Positions 41,044 through 50,614 of a DNA stretch of 64,000 nt are shown here, piece after piece. The number at the start of each line of letters is the position of its first letter. Position 1 is the first letter of the stretch. Source of the stretch: an uncultured Methanoregulaceae archaeon (GTDB taxonomy: Archaea; Halobacteriota; Methanomicrobia; Methanomicrobiales; Methanospirillaceae); NCBI GenBank assembly GCA_963705255.1, contig OY970061.1, positions 1,856,001-1,920,000 on the forward strand. The letters are read 5' to 3'. The translations under genes and the position numbers were made by a program. Under the pieces are notes generated by a model that was not told the origin of the DNA, searched no databases, and saw only the letters and a program-made list of their open reading frames with translations.

Positions 41044-41636
41044 AGAAAACGGCCCTGGCCTTTGGGATACTTCTCATCAGTCTTCTGATCGTGCCCGTCC
41101 ATGGGTATCCCGGGGAAGACTACACCAAGATCCTGGTACTGCACCTGAATTTCAGCCATGACCAGGTAACAGAACAGTCAGTTGAGATGCAGTACGGGCA
41201 TCCGCCAAACCTGGGGATCGAGAGCGGCGATATCCTGGGCAGCCTGAAAACAGTTGACGGAAAGATCATCCGTGAGTTCGATCTCTCGGATCCCCGTGTC
41301 CAGCTGGGCGACGCAATTGTGCGGAATAATGGTACGAATCAATCTATTACCGGATCGGCTTATTATTCCGACAGCGCGGACTTTACCCTCGTCTTGCCCT
41401 ATTACCAGAACCAGATGACCCTCGATCTTACGGACAAAAACACCGGCAGGTTGTTGAAAAGCGTCAATTTTTCACAGGCTATTGAACGTTTCCAGAGAGA
41501 GTATCCGGATGACCCTGGCGGGATTCCGGTTTACCAGTTCACGCTGGAAGGATCCACTCCCCTTTATCTGGTCACGGGAATCGGGCTCTCCGTGCTCTTA
41601 CTGGTAGTGATCCTCATGATGTCGCGAAAGAAGTAA
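41040..41636 (+). CDS. exported, membrane-anchored hypothetical protein
   Basis: Signal peptide, C-terminal TM + RKK, ATGA overlap with the peptidase gene. Confidence 0.75.
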   Translation: MKKTALAFGILLISLLIVPVHGYPGEDYTKILVLHLNFSHDQVTEQSVEMQYGHPPNLGIESGDILGSLKTVDGKIIREFDLSDPRVQLGDAIVRNNGTNQSITGSAYYSDSADFTLVLPYYQNQMTLDLTDKNTGRLLKSVNFSQAIERFQREYPDDPGGIPVYQFTLEGSTPLYLVTGIGLSVLLLVVILMMSRKK

Positions 41637-41694
41637 CCCGGCATACGGGTCTTCCCATAGACTTCCCTCGTTCAGATGCCTCAAGGATTTCGGG

Positions 41695-42288
41695 TCAGGG
41701 ATTGAGGGTCTTCCCGAGCGCGAATCCCTTGGCGTAAGCGGCTTCAAGGAGATCCGGCTGCGTACGAAGGTCTCCTTTCGTATCCATTCCGCTGATCAGC
41801 AGCTCGTCCCGGAGCTTGCAGTCAATAATCGTGAGAAATGCAGAGATGGTCAGTTTGGCCCCTACGAAAACCTCGGGGATATCCATTCCTGAAATACATA
41901 TGACAACCGCTTTTCGCCGGGCTCTTTGTTCTGCAGTGAAAAAAGATTGTTTCCTGACATACTTTGCCATGAAGAATACCTGGAACCGGTCAAAGAAGGA
42001 TTTCAGTTTTCCCGGAACCCCCATTGTCATAACAGGCGTTGCGATGATCAGGCTGTCCATTTCCCTGAATTTCTGGTACATTGCCTGCATGTCATCGTCC
42101 AGGATACAGGTCTCGTGCTCTTTGCAGAACATCATCTCCATACAGGGCTGAAAATCCAGGTTCGCGACCACAATTTTTTCAACCGTGCACCCGGCATCCT
42201 CGGCGCCTTTAAGAGCCCTGTCCAGTAGCAGTGCAGTATTTCCTTCCGGTAACGGGCTGCCAAGTATCCCGATGATCTTCCCGGTCAT
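41695..42288 (-). CDS. iron-sulfur flavoprotein / flavodoxin-family protein
   Basis: GILGSP..GNT, CxxMxxCx5C, ATPV, LKSFFDR. Confidence 0.85.
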   Translation of the reverse strand: MTGKIIGILGSPLPEGNTALLLDRALKGAEDAGCTVEKIVVANLDFQPCMEMMFCKEHETCILDDDMQAMYQKFREMDSLIIATPVMTMGVPGKLKSFFDRFQVFFMAKYVRKQSFFTAEQRARRKAVVICISGMDIPEVFVGAKLTISAFLTIIDCKLRDELLISGMDTKGDLRTQPDLLEAAYAKGFALGKTLNP

Positions 42289-42433
42289 ACTACAACTGAA
42301 GAAAAATATGCAATAAAGGTTTGCAATGGACTACTACGAGAAAGATCACGGCCCGTACGGTGCTTCGGGGAAAAAGTGCACGAACACAACTCATATATAT
42401 CTTTGACGTGAATGAGAGGTTTGGTGTTTTCTA

Positions 42434-42664
42434 ATGACCGAACAGAAGACGTACATTGCAGGACAGAAAGTGGGTCCGGGCAAATATGTGTGCATAGACT
42501 GCGGAAAAGAACTTACGCTCGACAAGAGCGAGCAGGACCTCAGGAAGTGTCCTGCCTGCTCCTGCGCAGAGTACCAGTGCTTCCCGATGACCCATATCCG
42601 CCCGGATGTCAAGACTCCTGAAGATGCCAAAAACCCGCCCAAACGCGGCAAGAGTTTCCAGTAA
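42434..42664 (+). CDS. small zinc-ribbon protein
   Basis: AGQKVGPGKYVCIDCG...CPAC. Confidence 0.8.
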   Translation: MTEQKTYIAGQKVGPGKYVCIDCGKELTLDKSEQDLRKCPACSCAEYQCFPMTHIRPDVKTPEDAKNPPKRGKSFQ

Positions 42665-42781
42665 CTTCTTATTTTTTCAAGCGCCGTACCGTCGTGATGA
42701 ATACGGGTGTTGAACGCCTGAGAGACTATTGAACGTCCCATGGACGCTCAGCCCCGGGAAGAGTCCTGAAAGCAAGGTATC

Positions 42782-42907
42782 ATGGTTAACGTATCGAAAG
42801 AGGGGCAGGTCTTCAAATGCGAGATCTGCGGGAATGTCGTTGTCGTGAAGGAAGCAGGTGGCGGCGAGCTTGTCTGCTGCGGAGAACCGATGCAACTGGT
42901 TGAGTGA
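42782..42907 (+). CDS. desulforedoxin-like FeS4 protein (41 aa)
   Basis: Manual translation [41 protein letters not shown]; below the ORF-track cutoff. Confidence 0.9.
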   Translation: MVNVSKEGQVFKCEICGNVVVVKEAGGGELVCCGEPMQLVE

Positions 42908-42913
42908 GTGATT

Positions 42914-43258
42914 ATGACCGAGAAAAAACTGAAAGAACTCGAGAAAAATATCGGCAAAGTCCCGAAATTTTTCAGGGAACTGACCGTAAAGGATCCTGAG
43001 ATGTTCAACCTCGTGATGAAATTCGAGGAGCATATCTGGAACGATGGGAAACTGTCAAAGAAGACCAAGAAACTGATCGCTATTGCGATTGCGGCGGCAC
43101 TCCGTGACCAGCACGCTGTCCGCGCACAGATCGCCGGGGCTTCCAGCCTCGGCGTGACAAAGGAGGAGGTAGAGGAGGCCCTCCGCGTGACATTCCTGCT
43201 CTCAGGAATGCCCGCCTATGTATACGGGAAGGCCCAGCTCGATGAAGTGATGAAATAA
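42914..43258 (+). CDS. carboxymuconolactone decarboxylase/AhpD-family protein
   Basis: LSKKTKKLIAIA, GVTKEEVEEAL, GMPA; no CxxC. Confidence 0.85.
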   Translation: MTEKKLKELEKNIGKVPKFFRELTVKDPEMFNLVMKFEEHIWNDGKLSKKTKKLIAIAIAAALRDQHAVRAQIAGASSLGVTKEEVEEALRVTFLLSGMPAYVYGKAQLDEVMK

Positions 43259-43270
43259 AGGAGCAGGCAC

Positions 43271-43915
43271 ATGACTGATGAGACGTGTCCCGCTTTGCCG
43301 GTACTGGGAGAGCCCGCTCCCGAATTCGATGCGGAAACAACCCAGGGCCCGATCACGCTCTCCGGCCTGAAGGGAAGATGGGTGGTGATGTTCTCCCACC
43401 CTGCAGATTTCACTCCGGTGTGCACGACTGAGTTCCTTGCATTCGCATCGATCTACGATGAACTCAGGGCGCTGAACGTCCAGCTGATCGGCCTCTCGGT
43501 GGACAGTGTCTCATCTCACCTTGCCTGGATCTACGCTATAAGAGAGAAGATGGGCGTTCGGATCCCGTTCCCGATCATCGCCGACCTGAATATGAATATA
43601 GCCCGCAAGTACGGCATGATCCACCCGGGCCAGAGCTCGACTACCGCTGTCCGGTGCGTCTTCTTTATCGATGACAAGGGCATTATGCGGGCAATGATCT
43701 ATTACCCGCTCCAGAACGGGCGGTTCATGCCCGAGATCCTCCGGTTGGTCAAAGCGCTCCAGATCACGGATAAGCACAAAGTTTCCACACCGGCAAACTG
43801 GCAGCCGGGGGACAAGGTCGTTGTCCCCCCGCCAAAGACCGCTGCCGAGATGGAGAAGCGGCTTACGGAAGGGTACGAGTGCAAGGACTGGTACCTCTGC
43901 TTCAAGAACGTGTAA
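43271..43915 (+). CDS. peroxiredoxin (Prx6/archaeal type)
   Basis: SHPADFTPVCTTE, YYP..GR, TPANW, CKDWYLC. Confidence 0.95.
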   Translation: MTDETCPALPVLGEPAPEFDAETTQGPITLSGLKGRWVVMFSHPADFTPVCTTEFLAFASIYDELRALNVQLIGLSVDSVSSHLAWIYAIREKMGVRIPFPIIADLNMNIARKYGMIHPGQSSTTAVRCVFFIDDKGIMRAMIYYPLQNGRFMPEILRLVKALQITDKHKVSTPANWQPGDKVVVPPPKTAAEMEKRLTEGYECKDWYLCFKNV

Positions 43916-44062
43916 GTGTCCTGGTGTTGTAGCCCTTCATATTTTTGTGCGATCTGCAGCCTGTGAAACCCATCCCAGCCGGGTGCCATAGAAAAAGTCC
44001 CCATCTCCCCGGCAGTCCGTTCACCATCCAATCTTTTTTCACTGCGAATATCCTAGAAGAGT

Positions 44063-44680
44063 GTGATGACCATCAAAGTCCTCGCTTTCGCCGGCAGCCC
44101 GCGCCGGAACGGCAACTCTGAAACGCTGCTCGACTGGGTGCTTGCGTCCATGGGCGGGGAACCTGAGGTCGCCATAGAAAAAGTCCCTCTCACAGAGGCC
44201 AATATCAACCCATGCAGGGGGTGCAATGCCTGCGAAAAACTCAACAAATGTGTCCAGCGCGATGGCATGGATATCTACCACGACAAGATCATCGGAGCAG
44301 ATATTATCCTGCTCTCATCCCCGATCTTCTGCATGGGGCTCGCGTCGCAGGTAAAAGCGCTGGTCGACCGCGCACAGGTCTTCCGCTCCCGGAAATACGT
44401 GCTCAGGCTCCCCATCGTCCCACCCGAACGGAAAGGTAAGCGGCTCGGCGTGTTCCTCGCAACCGCAGGACAGAACTGGGATAACGTGTTCGATGCTGCA
44501 GTCCCTTCAGTGAAATGCTTCTTCCATGTCATCGATATAAAGGACGAGGACATCAGCTACCTGATGATAAACGGGGTCGATGAGATGGGGGCGATCGAGC
44601 ACCACCCTACTGCAAAAACGGATGCGGAAAAACTCGGAAGATCCGTGATCGCCGAACTGAAAAAACGGCTCGCAGCGTGA
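44063..44680 (+). CDS. iron-sulfur flavoprotein
   Basis: AGSPRRNGNS, CRGCNACEKLNKC. Confidence 0.88.
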   Translation: MMTIKVLAFAGSPRRNGNSETLLDWVLASMGGEPEVAIEKVPLTEANINPCRGCNACEKLNKCVQRDGMDIYHDKIIGADIILLSSPIFCMGLASQVKALVDRAQVFRSRKYVLRLPIVPPERKGKRLGVFLATAGQNWDNVFDAAVPSVKCFFHVIDIKDEDISYLMINGVDEMGAIEHHPTAKTDAEKLGRSVIAELKKRLAA

Positions 44681-44686
44681 AGCTTC

Positions 44687-45331
44687 ATGACAATCACGGT
44701 CCTTGGTATCTCGGGAAGCCCGCACCGGCATGGAAACACGGAAACCCTGCTCGACAGTTTTCTCGACGGGGCAAAGGCAGCCGGTGCCACGGTGGAGAAA
44801 GTCGTGCTCAAGGATCTCACCTATTCCCCGTGCCGTGGATGTAACGCCTGCCACAAAACCGGTGAGTGCGTCGTCAGGGATGACGCGATCACCCTTTTCA
44901 ATAAGGTACTGAACGTGGACTGCCTTGCCGTTGCCTCTCCCATTTACACGATGGGCATCACCGCTGAGCTCAAAGGGCTGATCGACCGGGGACAATACCT
45001 CTGGGCACGGAAATTCATCTTAAAAACGCTCTTTTTTTCCAACGACCATATCAAACGCCATAAAGGGCTCTTCATCTCTACGGCGGGCCAGTCGTGGGAC
45101 CATGTCTTCGACGGGGCGTTCCCCATGATCACTGCTATCTTCAATGGCACCGGATTCGAATACTATGACAATATCATTGCGAATAACATGGACGAATACA
45201 AAGGGATCAAAAACCACCCGACAGCACTGAAAGAGGCGTTTCTCAAAGGGCAGAAAGTCGTTGCTGTACTGGAGAAACTAAAAGATGAAGGACTGATTCA
45301 ACCGGTCGCAGAGAAAACTCAAAATAATTAG
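44687..45331 (+). CDS. iron-sulfur flavoprotein
   Basis: SGSPHRHGNT, CRGCNACHKTGEC. Confidence 0.88.
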   Translation: MTITVLGISGSPHRHGNTETLLDSFLDGAKAAGATVEKVVLKDLTYSPCRGCNACHKTGECVVRDDAITLFNKVLNVDCLAVASPIYTMGITAELKGLIDRGQYLWARKFILKTLFFSNDHIKRHKGLFISTAGQSWDHVFDGAFPMITAIFNGTGFEYYDNIIANNMDEYKGIKNHPTALKEAFLKGQKVVAVLEKLKDEGLIQPVAEKTQNN

Positions 45332-45980
45332 AGAAGATAGAAGGATCCGAGCAGGATCCCAAATGCGGCAATGATGAGCACGGCGAAGACCGGAATGCTC
45401 CATGCCATGACTTTTCTGCCATCGAGAATACTGATCGGCAGCAGGTTGAACGCTGCAATCATGGCATTGATCTGGATCCCGAAAATGCCGATTACGGTGA
45501 GGAGACTGGATGGTGAATGTGAAAGGAACTCTCCGAGAAGAACTACCCCTGCAAAGACGCCGCACAGGAGAAGATTGACAACGGGGCCGGCAGCTGAGAT
45601 TATCCCATTCTGCTCCCGGGAAAGTCCCCGCCCGTCAGCAGAATTGGTATAGATTACCGTGACCCCGGGGCGGCAAACACGAAGCCGACCAGGGCGGCAA
45701 GGACAACGGCGATGAGGAGCATCGAGTTGTCCTTCCTGAATTCCGCCCAGTACCCGTACCTGATCGCGGTAAACTTGTGCGCCATCTCGTGGAAGATGAA
45801 CCCAATCCCAACGGTCAGAAAAGCAATTCCAAAATAGATCAGGACAACAACGGGATCGAGCCGGGGGATTTGGCCGAGTATTCCGTAGGGAGCAATTTTG
45901 ATGATTGCAAAGGAGAGCGAGATCGCCATCCAGGCAATAAAAAGATCTGCCTCTTCGCGTCTTGTTATTCGTTCGAGCAT
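45328..45980 (-). CDS. M50 (site-2) membrane zinc metalloprotease (frameshift ~45665)
   Basis: HEMAH, FAAPG; after adding one G continues VTVIY...ISAAGPVVN...FNLLPISILDG to TAA 45328. Confidence 0.88.
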
Positions 45981-46078
45981 GGAAAACACCAGATCAGATA
46001 GGATTTGCTTGGTTAATTGTTTTGGTCTCCATGCTCGTAAGGATTACGTTTATGTGAAATCTCGGATATGTATATGAT

Positions 46079-46363
46079 ATGTGCCTCGAGACAGTACGGG
46101 CTGAGATCACAAGGGTCGACCGGGAGATCATCCGGCTCATCGCACAACGACAGGAACTGGCCGGAAAAATTGCGAAGATCAAAGTACATACCGGAATTCC
46201 CATTCATGATGAGAACCGGGCGGCAGATGTTCTCGGGGCTGCGTTCGAACAGGCTGTCGAGTGTAAGATAGATCCGGTTTCAGTCCAGAAAATTTTTGAG
46301 ACGCTCATCGCCATGAGCGAAGACCGCCAGCGGGAATGCTCGGGAGAGGGGAATCTCCCATGA
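46079..46363 (+). CDS. chorismate mutase (AroQ type)
   Basis: LETVRAEITRVDREIIRLIAQR...IAKIK...PIHDENR. Confidence 0.88.
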   Translation: MCLETVRAEITRVDREIIRLIAQRQELAGKIAKIKVHTGIPIHDENRAADVLGAAFEQAVECKIDPVSVQKIFETLIAMSEDRQRECSGEGNLP

Positions 46364-46461
46364 CAGCGCCCCTTTTAAAAAAACGGTTCTGTAGAATTCC
46401 TATTGGATAGTGTGATTCGCTTATATTCTTCAACGGAATGAGTGTGACCCCATCTCTCAAA

Positions 46462-46935
46462 TCGAAGAACTCTGACGAGTTCGATCGAAGACCTGCGGTC
46501 TTCTCCTGTCTCAAGTCTGATGACTTTCGACATTCTCCAGCCTGCTCTTCCCTTCGGGAATAGCAGCCTCCCCGGAGGGGAGGCAATGCAAGGGGAGCAT
46601 CCCCTTGCCCCCCTATTTCCGGCGGGATCTTCACCAACCTTCTGAGGGACTATCGCTCTATTAGGGGATGCTGCCATCGCTAAAGGCATGGCAGACTCGA
46701 GAAAATGTTTCGATATTTTCGAGATGTGACAAAGGAACATGAGAAAATATTTATCAGAATATTTTCGAGCTGCCATAGCGGCAGGGAATTAATCGTCGCA
46801 TCAGCGAGGATTAATTGGAGAAGAATTCATCAGAATTCTTCGACTGCGGATTCGAGAATAGTCGAAGAACGCTTCGCGTTCTTCTCCCGCCTCATCTCAC
46901 GTTCCATGAGGTTCGTCGCCCCAAAGAGCGCTGAG
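46462..46935. repeat. cluster of REP-like palindromes and hairpins
   Basis: Five copies of GAGAA...TTCGA palindromes in both orientations plus several GC-rich triloop hairpins (see findings). Confidence 0.75.
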
Positions 46936-47045
46936 AGAACTTCTGATGATTTCCACAGAGCCAAAAAAACGGCGATGAGAGCCGGGTGACTTTCATGTAT
47001 CTCTGATAAAAGGGAACTGGCTTTTTCATGCCGGTTTTCAGCGGG

Positions 47046-48128
47046 TTATCCCAGTAACCCGAGAAAGATGACAAATCCAAGACCTATCATTATCAGTCCG
47101 ACAACCAGGCGGAGGGCCCGCCGGTTGTCTGTCTTCCACTGGCCTGCCCGCTCCGGGGAGAGCCCGAAGGCAAAGAGCAGGGTGACGATGACGAGCGGCA
47201 GGACAAAGATGATATTATAGAGTATAAGCCAGATCAGGCCTATCGCCAGGGTCAGGCTGCGGCCCATGAGCCCAAGGATACCGATATAGATACCGCCGGT
47301 ACAGGAAAAACCGAATAATCCGGCAAGTATGCCCAGTACGAAAGCAGCGGGGAGTGATGCTGTCCGGATATAGCGGCCGATAAGACCCTTCCCTGAATCA
47401 GCGATTGCGAGTGTAAACCGGTCCGTGTTTTTAACGACATCGAAAATGGTTATAGCACCGAGAATAAATGCGATAGTTGCGCCGAGAAGCGAGAATGGTT
47501 CTGACAGCCCGGAGAGGGAGATCATCGACAAAAAACCGATGCCAAGGAAGAGGTGGAACAGGAACACGGCTGCCGTATACAGGCCGCCGGTAAGCAGGAT
47601 GCGTTTCCTGTTCTCTGCCGCAGCGATAGAGACAAGAAGGAAGATCAGGACGGATAAGGCACAGGGATTGGAACTGTCGGCCAGTGCGGAGACCGTGACA
47701 ACAGGGACGGAAAGGGACGTAGCCGGGGAGCAGTTCTCCTGTCGCAGATTGGATAGTGTGGGTGCATTAGAGGTACAGGGGACCGTCCGTTGCTCCTCTG
47801 CGAGAATACGTTCCTCGAAATGGTCCTTTATTTCGGTTTCCCCGACCAGGGCCTGATCACCGATAAATATGACGGGAATACCGGAATTCCCAGTGTTGTA
47901 CTGCCGGTTCATCTCCACAAATGTCTGCTGGTTCGTGGCGTTATGGTACACTTCCAGCATTTCCAGATGAAGATTGGGGTATTTCTGCCGGAGCTCGTCG
48001 AGAAGGGGTTGTATCGTCTCGCAATGGGAGCACCCGTCACCGTAAAAATATACTGCCGTAACGGTAGTATTTGAAAGGCTGCTATTTCTGGTGAGAGGAA
48101 TACTTCTTGATCCTTGCAGCTCACTCAC
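47046..48128 (-). CDS. thioredoxin-like domain + CcdA/DsbD-type membrane protein
   Basis: YFYGDGCSHC, GIPVIF; membrane domain with DSSNPCA and FSCTGG. Confidence 0.85.
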   Translation of the reverse strand: MSELQGSRSIPLTRNSSLSNTTVTAVYFYGDGCSHCETIQPLLDELRQKYPNLHLEMLEVYHNATNQQTFVEMNRQYNTGNSGIPVIFIGDQALVGETEIKDHFEERILAEEQRTVPCTSNAPTLSNLRQENCSPATSLSVPVVTVSALADSSNPCALSVLIFLLVSIAAAENRKRILLTGGLYTAAVFLFHLFLGIGFLSMISLSGLSEPFSLLGATIAFILGAITIFDVVKNTDRFTLAIADSGKGLIGRYIRTASLPAAFVLGILAGLFGFSCTGGIYIGILGLMGRSLTLAIGLIWLILYNIIFVLPLVIVTLLFAFGLSPERAGQWKTDNRRALRLVVGLIMIGLGFVIFLGLLG

Positions 48129-48520
48129 TGTTTTTTTTTGAGATAATCCTGAACTAACGCTTCCATCTTTGCGGGAATCTCGTTCTCTCCCATAAGTACA
48201 ACCTTTCCATAGATAACCTCGGGAACACCGTAATTAGTTACACCCAAAGCGGCGTTGGCCTGCTTCCATATCTGCTGGTTGGTCTGGTTATTCCAGACCT
48301 CAAGGACCTGAATATGGGCATCGGGATATTTCTGCGTCAGGTCGTTGATGAAAGGCTCGATGTTATGGCAGTGCGGGCACCCTTCGCCATAGAAATAATA
48401 GATTGGACTGTTACTTGGTGATGTCATCGACGGGGCGAGAGCCCCAGAAAAAAAAACAACGAGACAGGCAATGACCACGAAAGCGAAAATGGCGGCAACG
48501 ATTTTTATTGTCCTGTCCAT
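48125..48520 (-). CDS. membrane-anchored thioredoxin/glutaredoxin-like protein
   Basis: N-terminal TM, YFYGEGCPHC, GVPE; ends at an A9 run. Confidence 0.85.
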   Translation of the reverse strand: MDRTIKIVAAIFAFVVIACLVVFFSGALAPSMTSPSNSPIYYFYGEGCPHCHNIEPFINDLTQKYPDAHIQVLEVWNNQTNQQIWKQANAALGVTNYGVPEVIYGKVVLMGENEIPAKMEALVQDYLKKKQ

Positions 48521-48584
48521 ATTGGGAAACCCGTTACTAGTTTGCGGGTTATTGATTTAAAAAAATACCTGTCCGGGTAAAAAA

Positions 48585-49460
48585 TTATCTGAGGGAGATC
48601 ATCGTGCCGACACCATCGCGGGTGAACAGCTCGAGAATGAGATTGTGCTCGATATTGCCGTTGATGATGTGGGAGAAACAGACACCGTTTTCCACTGCCT
48701 TTATCACCGACCCGACCTTGGGAATCATGCCTTCGCCGATGGCGCCGGATCTCTGCAGCTCGTTTGCTTCATTGATCGTGAGTTTCCGGAACACCTTTGT
48801 CCTTCCGGCATCCATTACCCCGTCGACATCGGTCATGTTGACCAGTTTGTATGCCCTGAGGGCAATCGCGATGTCCCCGGCAGCAGTATCGGCATTGATG
48901 TTCAGGCTGCCCCCGAACCGGTCGATGGCAATCGGCGCAACGACCGGAATATAGTCTTTGTCAAGCAGGGTGTTCAGGAGCGCCGGATCAATCCACTCGA
49001 TCTCCCCGACGTGCCCGAGATCAACTTCTCTCTGCACACCTTCTACTTCGATATGCTGGAGATCCATCTTCTTTGCAAGGATCAGATTCCCGTCGCTGCC
49101 GGAAAGGCCGACTCCTTTTGCACCGCACTTGGCGATGAGAGAGACGATCCCACTGTTGATCTTCCCGACGAGGACCATCTGTGCGATCTCAAGCGTCTCC
49201 TGGTCGGTTACCCTGAGCCCGCCAACGAAAACCGACTCCTTCCCAAGAGCTTTCATCTTTTCACTGATCTCCGGGCCGCCACCATGGACCAGCACGACCC
49301 GGATCCCGACGTAGTGGAGGAGGACCGCATCCCGGATGGCATTTTCCAGCACTACAGGATCGACCATCGCATGGCCACCGAGCTTGATCACGATGGTCTT
49401 CCCGTGAAACTGCTGGATATAGGGAAGGGCCTCGATGAGGACGTCTTCGCGTTTCATCAT
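48585..49460 (-). CDS. argB: acetylglutamate kinase
   Basis: [36 protein letters not shown]. Confidence 0.96.
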   Translation of the reverse strand: MMKREDVLIEALPYIQQFHGKTIVIKLGGHAMVDPVVLENAIRDAVLLHYVGIRVVLVHGGGPEISEKMKALGKESVFVGGLRVTDQETLEIAQMVLVGKINSGIVSLIAKCGAKGVGLSGSDGNLILAKKMDLQHIEVEGVQREVDLGHVGEIEWIDPALLNTLLDKDYIPVVAPIAIDRFGGSLNINADTAAGDIAIALRAYKLVNMTDVDGVMDAGRTKVFRKLTINEANELQRSGAIGEGMIPKVGSVIKAVENGVCFSHIINGNIEHNLILELFTRDGVGTMISLR

Positions 49461-50614
49461 GTGGTATACCTCCCGTTGATCTCAACGTAGCGTTCGGTAA
49501 GGTCACAGCCCCACGCTGTTGCCTCCTTTTCTCCTCCAGCGAGATCAAGGACGAAGATCACCTTTTTGCCATGCATCGCCTCTTTCGCCGTCTTCAGATC
49601 CGCTATGATTTTTCCTGATTTCACAAGGGGATGCTTTTCCGTCCCGTCACTGATCCAGAGAGAGACCGCGTTGGGATCAAAGTCGACCCCAGCGCGGCCG
49701 GCCGCAGCAATAACCCGCCCCCAGTTCGGGTCTTCACCGTACACCGCAGTCTTTACCAGGGGCGATTCAATGATCGTGCGGGCAACCTTTGCCGCCTCGT
49801 CTTCTTTGCGGGCGCCCCTAACCGTCACTTCGATGAGCTTTGTTGCACCCTCGCCATCTGCGGCGATCTGCCGGGCAAGGGAACAACAGCATTCCTCGAG
49901 GGCTTCGGAAAATTCCCCGGCTTTGACCTTACCGGACTCGCCGGTCGCTGTGCAGAGCGCAATGTCGTTCGTGCTCGTGTCTCCGTCGACAACGACACGG
50001 TTGAAGGTCCTTTTGGCAGCCAGTTTGAGGGCTGCTGCGAGGGGTTTTGCACCCACGTCCGCATCGGTATAGATGAAGGCCAGCATCGTTCCCATGTTCG
50101 GGGCGATCATCCCGCTTCCCTTCGTTATCCCACCAACACTGAAGGTCTCCTTCTCCACGAGTGCATGCTTGGGGAACGTATCCGTGGTCATGATAGCCTG
50201 TGCAGCGAGAATTTCTGCTTCCGGAGTGCGGTCGAGTTTTGGTGAGATCATGTCACACTGGCGCTGGATGAGCGGGAGATCGAGGTACCTGCCAATCACG
50301 CCGGTGCTTGCTACACCGACATGGGCAGGGCTGATACCCAGCGCAGAACCGGCGTACTCTGTCATGGCAACCGCGTCAGTATACCCCTGCTTTCCCGTGT
50401 AGGCATTCGCACAACCGCTGTTGACGATAACGGCCTCCAGTTTTTCCGCCTGTATCTGTCTGCGCATAAGTTGTATCGGAGCGGCCTTGACAAGGTTCTC
50501 CGTGAACACACCGGCAGCGGTGCCGTTCGCCCGGATGAGCGCAAGCCCGGATTTTCCTTCTTTCATTCCCCAGGCATTCACGCCTTCGATCGCACAGATG
50601 CTCTGACAGGTCAT
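49457..50614 (-). CDS. argJ: ornithine acetyltransferase
   Basis: [51 protein letters not shown]. Confidence 0.96.
   Translation of the reverse strand: MTCQSICAIEGVNAWGMKEGKSGLALIRANGTAAGVFTENLVKAAPIQLMRRQIQAEKLEAVIVNSGCANAYTGKQGYTDAVAMTEYAGSALGISPAHVGVASTGVIGRYLDLPLIQRQCDMISPKLDRTPEAEILAAQAIMTTDTFPKHALVEKETFSVGGITKGSGMIAPNMGTMLAFIYTDADVGAKPLAAALKLAAKRTFNRVVVDGDTSTNDIALCTATGESGKVKAGEFSEALEECCCSLARQIAADGEGATKLIEVTVRGARKEDEAAKVARTIIESPLVKTAVYGEDPNWGRVIAAAGRAGVDFDPNAVSLWISDGTEKHPLVKSGKIIADLKTAKEAMHGKKVIFVLDLAGGEKEATAWGCDLTERYVEINGRYTT

Noticed and set aside
46690-46890. CRISPR array suggested by recurring palindromic ~26-nt units
   Set aside because: Units are degenerate, in both orientations and irregularly spaced, with no constant-length unique spacers and no cas genes in the window.
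46820-46950. Hammerhead ribozyme or box C/D RNA (CTGATGA on the minus strand at ~46827-46833 and the plus strand at ~46943)
   Set aside because: The first motif sits inside the loop/stem of a perfect palindrome, and I could not place a GAAA core with three stems or a matching D box.
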